DNA from: Amoebophrya sp. A120
Taxonomy: Eukaryota > Protista > Dinoflagellata
Direction of reading: 5' to 3'
Assembly (NCBI GenBank): GCA_905178155.1
Contig: CAJINV010000025.1
Location: 1-64,000 of the forward strand
Length of the DNA stretch: 64,000 nt
A program made the position numbers and the translations under genes. Shown in pieces: positions 1 through 13,297 of this stretch. The stretch's first letter is position 1. Each line of letters opens with the position of its first letter. Under the pieces are notes generated by a model. That model worked only from the letters and a program-made list of their open reading frames with translations. It had not been told where the DNA came from and made no database searches.

Positions 1-2738
1 TGTGTATTTACTTCTCAGTGGCAGTGTGTTTGAAACGCTATTTCTCATAGATCAAAATATAGAAAATGAACAGGAGGATAAGGAAAAAGCCAAGAAACCG
101 ATCGAGCAAGGAAAAGGACCAAAATACAACGAAAAGCAAGCAAATTCTTGCTACGATCGAAAGACAAAGGAAAGAGGAAAGAGAAGAAGAGAAAAGGAAA
201 GAAATTAGGTCTGATTTACGCTGAATCCGCATTACAAACTTGGTTTCTTACAACTTCAAGGGAGCGGAGCCACGGCTGCGGGCGTTTTAGGAATACGAAT
301 TTAGCATAAGACAATGGAAAAACTAGACTTGGGATAGAGAATCTGTAATGCGAATTTGGGGAATTTGATGTGGTTTTAGATGGTGTTCGATTGTGACTTC
401 GGTACTGTTACGTCTGGAAAAATTAACCTCTCCATTTCGAAACTAGATCCTTCAATTGGTGGAGAGCCTGGGCATAGTTCGACTCAGAAGCAAAAGCATT
501 CCTTACCGTTTTAGTTAGATTCCCACCACTATGGTCGTGAAGAGCAGGAAGGAGAAAGAAGAACACGCAAAGGAAGACGGCAAGAAGGATGACAGCTGCA
601 ACAAACCAAGACCCCTGCGCATGCACGCATGTGGAAAACGCATTCGGAATTTGAAGGAAAGAAGAATGAAGGAACGGAACAACGCCTGCTATTTCGGATC
701 AGACGACGCTGCTGCACAAGGATAAAACGGGAATCGACAAGACCAGTCCCAGAGCCGGGGACCGCATTCGTTATTTTTAGCATTACGCGGGAAAGATTTT
801 CTATATGGGATTTGTTTAACGAGACCTCAGTCGCGCTATAAAGTTCGCGGGAACTAATTCGGAAAAACGTCGCGGCTGGGGTACGTTCCAAGATTTGTTT
901 ACGGATTCGGGTTTTTATTTTTACTACGGGATGCGATTTACGGTTTTATTTACGGACGCGGTGGAACTTCCGGCTAGGCGATGGATGGCAGTGAAGATGT
1001 TCGATTTGTTTAACGGCAGTAGAATCGGATGCAGATATGTGGGCGCGAAGGCTTCCAGCAATAGCGAAATGACAGAGCACAGCGACAGAAGGTTTTGGTG
1101 AGTTGCTTGCTACTTTGCTTTGCCCACTAACGAAACGGGGGCGATTCAGCCAAACAGATGGAGCCTGCCCGTCAGTTCACTACTTAGAAAGCGGGATGGG
1201 GATACGGCGTTGCTTTTGCGGGCGAAATTTTAGAGGGCATTAGCAGACGATGAAGGTTTTTTGTTCGCGGTTCAAGATGCAGAGATGAAGATGGAGCTGT
1301 AGAAGAAGTTTCAGTCAGGGGGCGCGTAGTCGTATTGCGACTTTGTCTGTGCCTGCAACTTCTTCCGGGTGGTGTTCTCGATCTGATTCAACGTGCTGAG
1401 GCAGTACAGGCTCCGTTTTTGACTTCCAGTAAAAGTGGCTGACCTATCGGGATTCAAGATAGAAGTACGACTAGGCTCGGGGTTCGAAATTAGTGTTCGC
1501 AGTTTCGAGGTTTAGTGCTGTGGGGCTGCGCGGGTGACCAGCTGTTGAGGACTAACCTCCGCTTGTGTTCGGGGTAGAAGTGCCAAGACTTAATGACGAT
1601 GGTGATGATAGCTTGGTTTCGGGTTTCGGGCTTTTAGGCAGTAGTAGACTTTGACGAGTACACTCAGGCAGAGGCGCGAAAACACCAGGACAGCAGAAAG
1701 ACAAACCCAGGACAGTATTACAGCACGAGCGCAGACACATAAACGGCAACAGCAGGAACAGCAGAAACCGGGGCGAAGAAAACAAGACAACAACACGGAC
1801 ACGGCAGACCAGGAAGAGGAACACGGACAAGCAGGTAGACGGAACCGAAGGAAAGAACAGCACAGAACAGTATGGGGGCGCAGAATAATTTCAATCTGAA
1901 GAACAGCAGAAGCGCTTCGACTCGGCAGCGGATTTTCGGGTAGACGACGGAGAACTTCGTATGGCGTTAGGGGGCAGCCTGTCCTTCTAGTGCGAGGAGG
2001 ATTTCCTGATAACCACGACACCGCGCTGAATTTGGATTGGCGACTGCGATGAGAGACCGATGCTGCGACGAGAAGAAACCGATGCTGGAATTGGATAAGA
2101 GGATGTGGCGATGAGGACTGGAAGAGGAAGTTATTGAGGAAGCTGTTTATGGATTTATGCTACACAAATTTGTGCTTGCGATTTAGAACTTCTTGTAGGA
2201 TTTCGGCCATCAGTTTCTGTTTCGAGCTTCTTGAGGATTTACAGCTTCGATTTTGATTATGAGAAAAAGCGTTGGGGGCGGTTTGTGTATTTACTTCTCA
2301 GTGGCAGTGTGTTTGAAACGCTATTTCTCATAGATCAAAATATAGAAAATGAACAGGAGGATAAGGAAAAAGCCAAGAAACCGATCGAGCAAGGAAAAGG
2401 ACCAAAATACAACGAAAAGCAAGCAAATTCTTGCTACGATCGAAAGACAAAGGAAAGAGGAAAGAGAAGAAGAGAAAAGGAAAGAAATTAGGTCTGATTT
2501 ACGCTGAATCCGCATTACAAACTTGGTTTCTTACAACTTCAAGGGAGCGGAGCCACGGCTGCGGGCGTTTTAGGAATACGAATTTAGCATAAGACAATGG
2601 AAGAACTAGACTTGGGATAGAGAATCTGTAATGCGAATTTGGGGAATTTGATGTGGTTTTAGATGGTGTTCGATTGTGACTTCGGTACTGTTACGTCTGG
2701 AAAAATTAACCTCTCCATTTCGAAACTAGATCCTTCAA
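1..2738. repeat. Head-to-tail ~2283-bp tandem unit (1-455 recurs at 2284-2738), apparently inserted in a family-B introner
   Basis: Positions 1-455 are near-identical to 2284-2738. The repeat ends abruptly at the right half of a family-B element (2739-2838, ...gtggggacgtttttactcaggata). No recognisable protein domain. Confidence 0.8.
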
Positions 2739-4144
2739 TACAGCCTGCAATTTGTCATGCGTGGCTCCCAAAACTTCAAGGTTTGTGTTGCAAAATCCCC
2801 ATCTTGACTCAGGTGTGGGGACGTTTTTACTCAGGATAACGCTCGGTCATTAAAGTTTTCAGTGCCACCAGCACTGCTCGTCGGTCCTTCCTCGTCGTGC
2901 AAGAAATCGTTTTTGTTTTTCTGCATCGTGACTTTCGTTTCGGTCTTGCTACAACTTCACGTACAACTTCACTCGTGCAAGAGATCGCGGCTCGGGCCGT
3001 TGGTCGGTTTCACGTGCAAGATTTTTGTCGCGTTCGGAGACCGTTGGTTATAGCACTAAGTAAGTAAACTGTCAACACGTAATATCACTACTGTCATGTT
3101 CTTGTTGGAACACGCATTGATAAGTAAGAGTAAAAGGACTTACGCTAAAGAAAATAATTCATTTTATCTTCCACCCCTTCACCCCACAGTGAAGAAGCGA
3201 GCATCGATCTAGAAGAAGCGACACACCATATTGTGAGGAAAGATCGCCCCTCCCCATAGTACACACAATGGATAATTTGTGATGCTGATTCCTGACCACA
3301 AATCAACCTTTTCTTGCATACGAGGCAAGTGGGGGCCGTTTTGCGCATTCCACAGCCAACCTGTCGCGCGCTTGTGACACCTGCTGCAAAGCTGTCTGAC
3401 GTGCCTGACTGCTAGCCTTTTGTATAAAAGTATCCAGTCCTCAGACTATCCAAGGAAATAACGCCGGCAAGCGCTTGCTGCAGTATTACATTACAGCGCT
3501 GAAAATTTGTGTACAGATACTCATTCCAGCAACACAAATTATTCCGTTTTTTGTACTTGGTAGGGTTTTTTTTTCACTTTGATAGACCCTGTAGCACACC
3601 GACCTTCCCCGGTCACCTTCGGTGTTGAGTACAGTTTGTTTCGTTGATAAAGTAGAGGCGTGCTTTTTCCTTCTGTTCGATTAAATTAGGGTTGCAAATA
3701 AATCGCTTTTTTCAAAATAAACCACTATCCCAACTGTTAAGAAAAAAAAACGTCGCTGTTGAAAAGGTACAACTTGCCTACTACAGCTCAAACTTTACAC
3801 TTATCTCCAAACGTCGAACACTCAAGAAACTTTGCTTTTTCGTTCTTTTTCATCAAAAAAGTTTTCAACTACAACAAGTACCGCGTCGCCGGGTACTAGA
3901 GTTCTTGCTCTATTCGACTAGAACCACGAAGACGCCGATACGAACACTCGCTGCGACTGCACGACCACGACTTCGAGGGGGGATAGATAACAAGCCTATC
4001 TCCTCGGTCGTCACTGCAGGAACCACGGGAACGAGTTCTGGTACTTATCACTCTCCGGGGGATATCAAAGCCGCCCGCACGCCAAAACTCAGCCTTCCCG
4101 TCGAAGAACCGGGCGCGAAGAGGAATTTTTGAAACGCCTTCTAC

Positions 4145-7100
4145 TTGCTTCTCGTTGCGGGTCGGAGAGGTTTTCCAACCGAGAATGCAGGAGCGCAAAG
4201 CCATGCGGCCGCCCGGTGGACCCGGACCCCCCTTACCAAGTGCAAAAATCTCTGGGTCTGGAAGAGTGCAACTTGTGATGCTGCAATTGGATTTCAAAAA
4301 AATCTCTATTGCATATGTAGCAAAGGGAACAATGTAGTTTTTTCTACGCTGAGAAGGCATTTGTCATGCGGAACAGGCATCAAGAAGCCCTTAAAAAATC
4401 AGTATCGCTAGGGTATGCATCACAGTCATCACGGCTCATGCACAGCGTGCATGACAAGTGTCGGAATCTTCCAGACCCAGACATTTTTCCAGTTGATACT
4501 CCTGTTTTTCCTGGCGGGCGGTGTTGCCCGCGGCAGCCGTTTTCGCGCCGACTCTATGCAAAGGAAAAATTCTCCCTCCCCATATCAAATTGCAGATCTG
4601 TGATGCAGGATTTGTGTTCACAAATGAAATCTGCTTTGTCTTGCAGTACCTAGAGGACTGCACGCAGATGCAAAGCCGGAGTTTGATCTTTTTGGCGTAG
4701 GCGCCTAGAGCAAGGGAGACTTATCCTCTGCGTGGTGCCATACAGCATTACAAATTGCGGCCCGCAAAGGCACGCGGCGGGGTCTCTGGTTTTGCCTTCT
4801 TGCAATACAGAGACGACTTGTGTCCGCAAATCAGCATCACAGTATTGTCTCTCTTCAGTATGGGGAGGGGATGGGATTTTTCCTTACGATCGACTCTGCT
4901 CGCCAACGGCGCCAAGAAGCTGAAGTATCAAATGTAAAAATGTCTGGGTCTGGAAGAGTCCATGTTTGTCATGCGTGTCTAGCATGACTCTCAAATCTGT
5001 CATGCACGTCACCCAAGAGCGCCACTTTTCTGTGATGCAGAAACGCAGTTTGTCATGCAGAATAGGCAACACCTAGAAGCTCAGAAACTTCTCATGCTGA
5101 GCCAGCACTTGTGGCTTCCTCATGATATGCCACCCAGCACCACAAGTTTCCAGACTCAGACATTTTTACATTTGATATGAAGCACACGGGGTTCATGGCC
5201 CCCTACGACACGCACACGACGGCAATATCAACTGCAAATATGTCTGGGGCTGGGAGATTCCGAGATTTGTCATGCATATTTTGCATGACCCATGATGTTG
5301 CCTGTGATGCATGACCTAGCATCGCAGATAATTTTTAAAGACACTTCCTGATGCCTATTCCGCGTGACAAATGCCCTCCCCGCGTAGCACAAACTGGACT
5401 CCTCTTTTGCTGGTCACGCAATACAGATTTTTTATAGATGATTCCAAAGTTGGCATCACAAGTTCCAACCTTCCAGACGACCGAGACATGTTTGCAACGC
5501 ATAGGCAACGGCGGTGAGCAACGATGGCACTGGGATGATCCAGGAACATCTCGATCCGGACGAGGCAGTCGACGGACGACGAGTATACAACTATAGCTAG
5601 ATTTATAATGCTATTGCTGAGAGAGAGAGCTAGGCTATAGGTATAGCTTGATCAGCATGGTGAAGGCGGGGAGCGGTGGCGGCTGGAGTGAGCTGTGCCT
5701 CTTGCAGGCTTTGCAGCAGTGTGTTCTTATTTCCTTCCTGCAATGCACCATGATGATCAACATGCTGCGTTCGCAGCTACATCTGCAATAGCTCTCTTTG
5801 ACTCTAGGGCAGACTGGGGCCAGAGCTAGCCCACCTCTTGCCCTTCGCCGTTGATCCCGGCGAGAGTGAAAAGAAGCCACCTTTTTTGAGCAAAAATAGC
5901 CGACAGCTGCTGCAAGTGCTAACCTGGTAAGCAAACTGCAGCACAGATAAGTGCTGCTCAAGAAAGTGCACAGATAGAATGCCCTGCGAAGTTGGCCCGA
6001 GGGGAGAAGAGCGACGCCCATTGTTGTCCTAGGCCCGCTTACATTCTGCCGAAAAGGCCTGGAGAATGAACTCACGCGCCTGCCGAGCAGGCACGTCAAA
6101 GCTCTTGGCCTGGTCCTTTCATCCTTGCGCGCCTTCATCTTGCCGATACTGTATGTGTTTCGCGGCTCTGATTTTTGGCTTCTTCGCCGCGGCTGCTGCA
6201 GTGCTCTTATGCGAGCACAGGGATACGAAAAAACATGGCCAAAGAACGACGCCCAGGCCATGTCTAGCTGCCCGCCGCGTGATCGCCTGCGACTTTTGCG
6301 ATGTGCAGAACCCACTTCCCAGAAGGGCGAGAGGGACAATGTCCCGGCAGTCACCTCCGCTGCTTGTCATGCAAAATTCACGTACAAATTCTTTCACAAA
6401 TCCAGGAGCATCTCGATCCGGAGGCAGTCGACGACGCTGGCAAGGACGAGTATGGAAGCGTCAGGACTGAAATCGTCAAGCTTGAAATAGTTTGTGATGC
6501 ATAAAACGCAACCCACAAATATAATGCCTGTCTTGCAGAGTAGGCAAGGGAGGCAGGTTGTGAGCCTGTTGAGGAGAAGAAATAGAGCTGCTAAAGTAGC
6601 ATCACAAAAGGCGTCTTCCTCACCCAAACAGCATGACAAACTGGATTTTGGTTCTACTCAAATTTGTCATGCGCCGCTTAGAAATTGAGCTTCCAACTGG
6701 CATCCATTTTCTGCATGACAAATCGTTTCAACTTTGTCGATTTCAAACCTGCCGCTTCCATAACGACGAACAGGTGGACCACGAAGCTGCATGGGAACCT
6801 GCTCTGGAGCCGGACACGATGGCCGCGGGCATGCTGGAAGTGCCTATCCAGTGCAAATATGTCTGGATGTCTGGAAGGTGGCAAGAACTTGTCATGGTAA
6901 ATCTGAATCATGCAAAAATCTGTGGCGCATGAGTGCCAAAAGCTGTCCACTTTCGACCGTATTGGGAGGGAGTTTCTCACGCAGGATAGGCATGACAGCG
7001 ACCGCATAGAATCTGTCATGGTGGGTCGAGCATTCCTGACGTGACCTCAGTCATGGGTCATGGAGAACCTGCATGACAAGTGTTGCGTTCTTCCAGAGGT

Positions 7101-10100
7101 GGACCCAGACATATTTGCGGTTGATAGTGCCGGGGGAGCTGCAAGAACTCCCGGTGGATGGCGACCAAGAATTTGCCGAAGGGGGGCCCGTATGGAATGC
7201 AAATATGTCTGGGTCTGGAAGATTCCCAGGTTTGTCATGCATGTTTTGTATGACCCATGGCGCCTGTGATGCATGACCTAGCATCGCAGATTTTTAGGGG
7301 GCTTACTTATGCCTAATCCGCATGAGAAATGCCCTTTCCGTGTAGCAGAAACTGGGCTCCTCTTGCTAGTGAAGCAATACAGATTTTTTTAGGATCCAAG
7401 AACAGCATGACAAGTTGCAATCTTCCAGACCCAGACACTTTTACATTTGATAGCCCGCCCCCGGCGACGATCTGGAGCCGGATTTGAACGCCGCCGCGGC
7501 CATGTATGGATGTGTCAGGATCGAAATCGACAAAATCGAAAAATTTGCGATGCATAAAATGTAGGGCACTGAAGGCCTGTATTGGGGAGCAGGCAAATGA
7601 GACCGATTGCAAGCCTGTGTAGGGGTATGCAATGTGCTGCCAGAGTAGCATAACAGGAGCAGAAGTCTTCTTCGCCCAAACAGCATGACAGACTGGATTT
7701 GAGTGCTCCCGAAATTTGTCATGCGCCACTTACAAACTGAGGCTCCAATTGGTATCGATTTTATGCATCACAAATTTTTCGATTTTGCTAATTTCGATTC
7801 TGACACTCCCATACCATGCTGGAAGTCCTGCCCGCGAGGACGCTGCAGCCTGCGAACGACACAACGGCGCCTGGGCAGCAAATGGAAATGACCATTAGCG
7901 CTGAAAGTGACGACCTGGCGGCTCCGGTGTCGGGATCCTTTGTGGAAACTGGTATGCAACTTGCTGCCGTCGATCTTGGCGCACCACGCGGCCTGGAAGC
8001 GTGGACAAACTTTGATCCGGAGTCGAACAGCACCTCGGCCATTATGGATGTGTCATGATTGAAATCGACAAACTTGAAATAATTTGTACTGCATATAAAT
8101 GGATAAAACTAAAAGTTGGGGCCCAGTCTCCAACTGGCGCATGATAAAGTTGGGTAGAGCCGAAATCCAGTTTGTCACGTTGTTTAGGTAAGGAAGACGC
8201 CTGTTGTCATGCTACTGTAGCAGCTCAGTTTCTACCCCTCAACAGGCTCGCAATCTGCCTCACTTGCCTACTCTGCAGGACAGGCACTCTGTGGGCAGCA
8301 TTTTATGCATGAGAAACTATTTCAACTTTGACGACTTCAATCCTGACGCTTCCACAGCCATGCTGGAGGTGCCGCCTGACGTCGAGCTCAGCGAAAACGC
8401 GACCGGGACCGCCCCGCTGGCTGCGGGACAAATGCAAATGACAATCAGCGGCGAACGCGCCGACCTCACGTCGGCGGTGGCGGGCTCGTTTCTCGAGGCT
8501 GCTACCAGCATCGACATTGCCAACCTCAGGAACTGGGCGGTTGCAGTGTCACGGAACGGTCACGGAGAATGCGCCTGTTCCGCCGACGTAATCGTGGAAT
8601 TTTGGACGCAGCTCTTCGGGAGGCCGTCGTCTGGCGCTCCTGGGCCCGTTTTCCAGCCTCCACGTGTGCCCGGGTTCTGGCCTTCCCCGTCCATCGGAGG
8701 GCTGCTGGACTTGTGTCCCAACCTCCTTCTTCACGTGGGGTGCTGGGTGCCGCGCACGTTGTCGCAGTACACGAAAGTGGGCCTGCTCAGCGGCCAAGTG
8801 CTGCCCCTGCCAGTCCAGTCTTCTACTGACCACATTAGCCCCTTTGGTCTTGCCATCACCCAGAAGAACCATCCTGCAGTAATGCAGATGCTTTACTTCT
8901 CGTGTTCCCAGCTCCCAGGCGGAAAACCCGAACTTGATCCGACCGGCGTGATACTGCCTAGCAACGGCGGAATTCCGGGCTCCGAGTTGCATCTAGCCGG
9001 AACAGCCTACCGCGACTGGGTGTTTATGCAAGCCTGGGAGCGCGAAATCAACTTGAAGGCGGGAGCGAGCCGAAACAAGAGGGAGTACGATCTCAGCGAC
9101 TTTAAGAGCGTGCAGCCCTACAAAAAGATTCACGACGAACAGATAACCAAGACGGTCAGCCAGGTGTACGTTTTCAGCACAACTGCCGCAGGTCCACCTT
9201 CCGTCGATGCCCTGCGCGCCATCGATCACGCCCGCAAAACGCATCTGCAAAACCTTCAAAGACTGTGCGACGCGAACAACGCGGAGCCGGGCAGTGACGC
9301 GGACCTGCGCAATGGTTGCGTTCGCTTCGAAGTCTACTTCCTACCACGTTGGCAACCGAACGATGCCGCCCCATTTTTCACGCTGCTGCATGTGCGTTTC
9401 ACGTCCATCAGGCGGAGCCGCGAGAGACTTGAGCTTGAGCCCGAGTGGCGTCAGCAGATGATGACCCAGCTGGGGCAGATGCGCACCGAATTCGAGGGAG
9501 TGGGAATTTCTTTATTCCAAGCTGAGCTTAGCGACTCGTGGTCGCAGAACGCGCGGCTGCGGAGCATGTATGTTACGGATCAGAAGGGGCAGCAGTTCTC
9601 GACGGCCCCATTCGCTCATCCTTTACGGCAAGAAACGCTGCGAATCCGGGAACGGGGCACAACGATTGGCGCAACAGCCTTCTTTGCATTCAAGCCTCCC
9701 AGTGAGCTCCCTCCAGCCAAGCGGAATGAGTATCCCGACAAGATCAAGCACTTAGTGTGGAACCTTGGAGGCCCGCTTACTTTTCGATGCCAACGTGTGG
9801 AGTTTGGATGCCTCTACTACGATATTTTTGTGACTGATAGTTGCATACGTCACTGGACTTCTTTTGACAAAGGAGGCAGAGGCCCGCAGCACAGCGACAC
9901 TTCCCAATGCGTCGTCGTCTTTCACGAAGCTTTTGCGAATTCGGAAGCCGCACAGGCTGGTGCACCCCAGGACCCACACTATTCTGGCCGGCTGGAAGAG
10001 CTGCGCACTTGGAAGCGCAGCCCCGAGGCACAGCAGTTCCTCCAGGATGCAACGCATCCCTCGCGCGTCAGAGCCTTCGGAGGAATGACGCTGTTGGACT

Positions 10101-10198
10101 TGGTATCACAATTGAAAATTGTTCTAAACGTCATCTCCCCCGACATGTTCAAACAGCGTGACGCTACTAAACGCGCCAAAACTCAAGCGAGGTGCTGA
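4145..10198 (+). CDS. Unknown protein, multi-exon, interrupted by 9 introners; long last exon 8357-10198; 5' part possibly frameshifted
   Basis: Removing element plus one DR joins ...QEHLDPEAVDDAGKDE-EQVDHEAAWEPALEPDTMAAGMLEVP-GELQELP...EGGPA-PGDDLEPDLNAAAAMLEVL...TSAMLEVPP... in frame into the 664-aa ORF, whose computed start lies inside a family-G introner. The start codon is uncertain. Confidence 0.55.
4926..5177. mobile_element. Family A introner (TIR tatcaaatgcaaaaatgtctgggtctggaag...cttccagacccagacatttttgcatttgata), ~250-280 bp; representative copy
   Basis: DR tgaag/tgaag. Other copies: 4234-4498, 5226-5503 (ggcaa), 6845-7126 (gtgcc), 7191-7452 (gcccg), 11147-11418, ~12366-12678, 16720-16997, 17229-17497 (cccag), 18123-18392, 18729-18992 (tccgc), 20819-21077 (cagtt), 29674-29918 (ccctg), 31893-32153 (gcact), 35551-35812 (cagag), 36784-37045 (aacgc), 37723-37895, 38311-38830 (gcaga), 44323-44578 (accac), 45299-45553 (gggga), 45589-45854, 48947-49348 (cttgt), 49945-50206, 51226-51487 (cagtt), 56028-56279 (gcgca), 56521-56705 (ccaag), 56949-57212 (gctgc), 59797-60057, 60112-60375 (ctcac). 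Confidence 0.93.
7505..7813. mobile_element. Family G introner (TIR tatggatgtgtcaggatcgaaatcgacaaa...tttcgattctgacactcccata), ~310 bp
   Basis: DR ccatg/ccatg. Other copies: 6451-6762 (acgag/acgac), 8043-8356 (gccat), 50562-50872 (ccgtt). Confidence 0.9.
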
Positions 10199-10259
10199 CA
10201 GCCAATTCACCTACCTGCGCCGCTTCTCGGGTGAGGCTTATCTACCGCCCAGCGGTACG

Positions 10260-10419
10260 ACTCACCGCGGCTGGGTGAAGATAAAAGCTCACCCGCGGCT
10301 GGGTGAAGAAGCTCACCCGCGGCTGAGTGAAGATAGAAGCTCACTCGCGGCTGGGTGAAGAAGCTCACCCGCGGCTGGGTAAAGATAGAAGCTCACCCGC
10401 GGCTGGTTGAAGAAGCTCA
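10260..10419. repeat. Minisatellite, 6 copies of (gaag)ctcacccgcggctgggtgaag(ata), 24-28 bp units
   Basis: Read directly from the sequence; the unit contains the hairpin tcaccc-gcggct-gggtga. Confidence 0.9.
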
Positions 10420-10833
10420 TAATTTTTGCAGATCTTGTCCCGAGAACGTCCCTCAGAAGGTTGACCTTCCCATCTTCTGGGTGACCTTCGGGACAGTAAT
10501 TTCACTTCGCCACAGTGAAAGAACTTCTTGGCGGATAAAAAAACTACAAACCACCAGGGCGGGCAAACTGCTAAGCACCAGAATATTAGCGCTATGGCTA
10601 AAGGCGTATTTCTTGCACGGAAGGTAGGTTTGAAACGAGTTGCCTTTGATGCATGTTTTTGTTCGCGGCGAACAGCGCGCGCATGGCAGAAGAACGCGTT
10701 TTTATTAATTTGAAACTGCGGGTGCTGTTTGAACATGGTGAGTCGGGGCGAACGATTTTCAGTTTGATAATTTTCAAAAGACGAGGATCCGACGTTGGAA
10801 AAGGCAAAAACACAAGCAGAAGAAGCAAGAGCA

Positions 10834-11120
10834 TATGGCCCGCTCAGGTGTTACAATCTCAATAGTTACATATAGAAACGCAGCTTCTTGATGCAAAAAG
10901 GAGTCCCAGATCGCACTAGAAACTGGCGAAATTTGTGTTGGAGAAAGTGGAATGCTCTGCGAGTCTGTCATGCTGATCATGCAAGACAAAACCCACTCCT
11001 GTGTCGTGTTCGCACGGATGATCTTTACTGTGTAGCCCGCACAGTCTGATGTGATATGCAAGACAAAATCCAGAATTTGTTGTAACAGTTGAGATTGTAA
11101 GAAGACCTGAGCGGGTTATA
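10834..11120. mobile_element. Family E introner (TIR tatgacctgctcaaacgttacaatctcaa...ttgagattgtaacgtttgagcaggtcata), ~250-290 bp
   Basis: DR gagca/aagca. Other copies: 37996-38251 (ctcga), 43986-44250 (cagaa), 44650-44920 (tcgag), 47664-47915 (tcgag/tcgac). Confidence 0.88.
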
Positions 11121-13297
11121 AAGCAAGAGCAGAAGCAGCAAAAGAATATCAAATGCAAAAAATACGTCTGGGTCTGGAATAAGAGTGCAACGGTTTTGTC
11201 ATGCACGTTTTGCATGACGCATGGGGTCTGTGATGCATGCCCTGGCATCACAGGTTCTGCGAGATCTTTGCCATGCCTTTTCCGCATGAGAAACTGCCTC
11301 TCGGGTTGCTCAAAAGTGGATATCTTTATTGGTAATTATGCAACACAGATTTTTGCTTGATCCAGATTTAGCATGACAAGTTGCAGCCTTCCAGACCCAG
11401 AGATATTTGCAATGCATACACAGAATTGGGCACGCGTGGGAGGAAGCCAGGCGCGTGCTTCCAAGCTCGAAAAAGTAGAAAGAACGAAGGAAGCAATTAA
11501 GACGCAAGCTATTCATTTGCGAGACGAGCTACAAAGGACTAAAGAAGAATTGGTATCGCAACAACCATATACTTTCGCTATCCATGTTGATGTGTCCTGC
11601 TAATATAAATACTTATTTGCGATGAGTAGATGAAGATGTCTCTTTGTCTCTTTGCGCGCGAAGGTGGTGTTGTCTCCGCAGTCCTCACGGGTTCTGCGTA
11701 GACCGTGCAGAAACTCGTCGCGCTTGATGGCATTGTCGCTGTAATGGCATTCAAAAAAATGTATGGTAAATAATATGGTAGCGAGAGTGTGTCTTTTGTT
11801 GTGATTCGCGAAGAAGGAGCAACGCCGGGCTGCCGAAGCCGAGGCTGCGGCGGACCGGGATCGGCTAGAGCTGGAGAGGATTGTTGCTGCGGTAGAGGCA
11901 GAACGGGACGCTGTTATGCTGGTGTACTATCGTGGTGATCAGTCAGAGCGGAACAGCTTTGCTCTGCATAAAACCAAGAGGGACAAAGCCTGAAAAAATG
12001 TTGTAGTCCCTGCCGCTCTAGGGGGTCACTTTGGTAGTTGCGGCCCTTACGAGCTTCAGGAGGCCAGTCATGAAAGTACATGTAGTGGCGCTTAACTAAT
12101 TACTTATTGCGTATACTCTGTATTTACTAGAAGCTGGCCCGCCGCCACCGCTGGCGACGCTTCTGAGGCGCTACCTGAGCTTGCCGGCAGTTGTGTCTGC
12201 GCTTTGTTTGCATGACAACAAGGACGGGCACAGAAGTTCCTTTTTGAAAAGATCGCGCGCTATTTGGAGTCCATAATCACACAAAACCAGGTAGCGCGAC
12301 GTATGCTTCGCAAATCCGTCCCCCCTCGCTAGTCAAACAATAGTTGCATTGCGTTGTTCACGCTGTATATGCATTGCAAATGTGTCTGGGTGGTCTGGAA
12401 AAGTGCAAGGTTTGTGGTCTTGTGGTCATGTTGCACATTTTGCATGACCTATGATGTTTGTGATGTATACGCTACCATCAAGACTTTTTGAGGGCTTCTT
12501 GATACCTCTCCTCCATGAGAAATGCCCTCGTCCCCGCGAAGCAACGACTGGAGTCTTCTCGCTCACTAAGCCTGATTCGCTAGCGCAGTCTGTTCGGCAA
12601 TGCAATTTTTTGTAGATGAATCCAGAGGCAGCATTAGACGTTGCACGCTTTCAGACCGTCACATATTTGCAGTTGATATCATGCAGGCACGATAAGGATA
12701 GCGGTTTTGAAAGTTCACCAGCAAGATCTTAAGAACAAGGAGTAAGTAGTTCGCTTTCTGTGACTGTGGAAGGAGGTCGTTGCGAGGGATAGTTAGCGGT
12801 GATGATTTGCATGCGCCTTTCTGTGCCGACGTGGTACTTATTTAGAACCCTACTTCGGCAGGCGACGAGCAGTATTGCAGAAGCGGCGCGCTTTGCACTC
12901 GTCGTCGGGAAAGACAGATCATTCCCGACATGCAGACACGAACTGCAGGCTGTGCTTGGGCCTTCAGTGCTTATTTGTTATCGAGAAGGGTACGCTGTGG
13001 GACCTAAAAAACAACGGTTTCCGCTCCTGTAGCCTCAAAAACCAGCGCGGCCGCCGGAGAGTACTCCCATGGTGATTGGCCTTGTAAATGTCACGCGATT
13101 TGCCTCTTGTGGCGACGCAGTCCGCTCGTGATTGTGTTTGCTTTGGCTAAGCGTTTCAAAACAACACAAAAACGAGCGAAGTGGCAGAGTCCCGTGCTGT
13201 TTGCCGCCGGATTGGGAGGCGCGGCAAACCGGCGCACATTTCGCGCGGACTTTGCCTCGCGGATTTTCTGGCCCGATTTGGTCCGCCTCGGAGGGCC

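Noticed and set aside
4926-5177. Tc1/mariner MITEs with a TA target duplication
   Set aside because: The terminal TA is part of the TIR. The empty/filled comparison at 20.2-21.2 kb shows a variable 5-bp duplication outside it.
8204-10198. 664-aa ORF as the introner transposase
   Set aside because: No recognisable DDE or tyrosine-recombinase motifs and not enclosed by TIRs. It is the last exon of a host gene, and its computed start is inside an introner. A profile search is needed to exclude remote homology.
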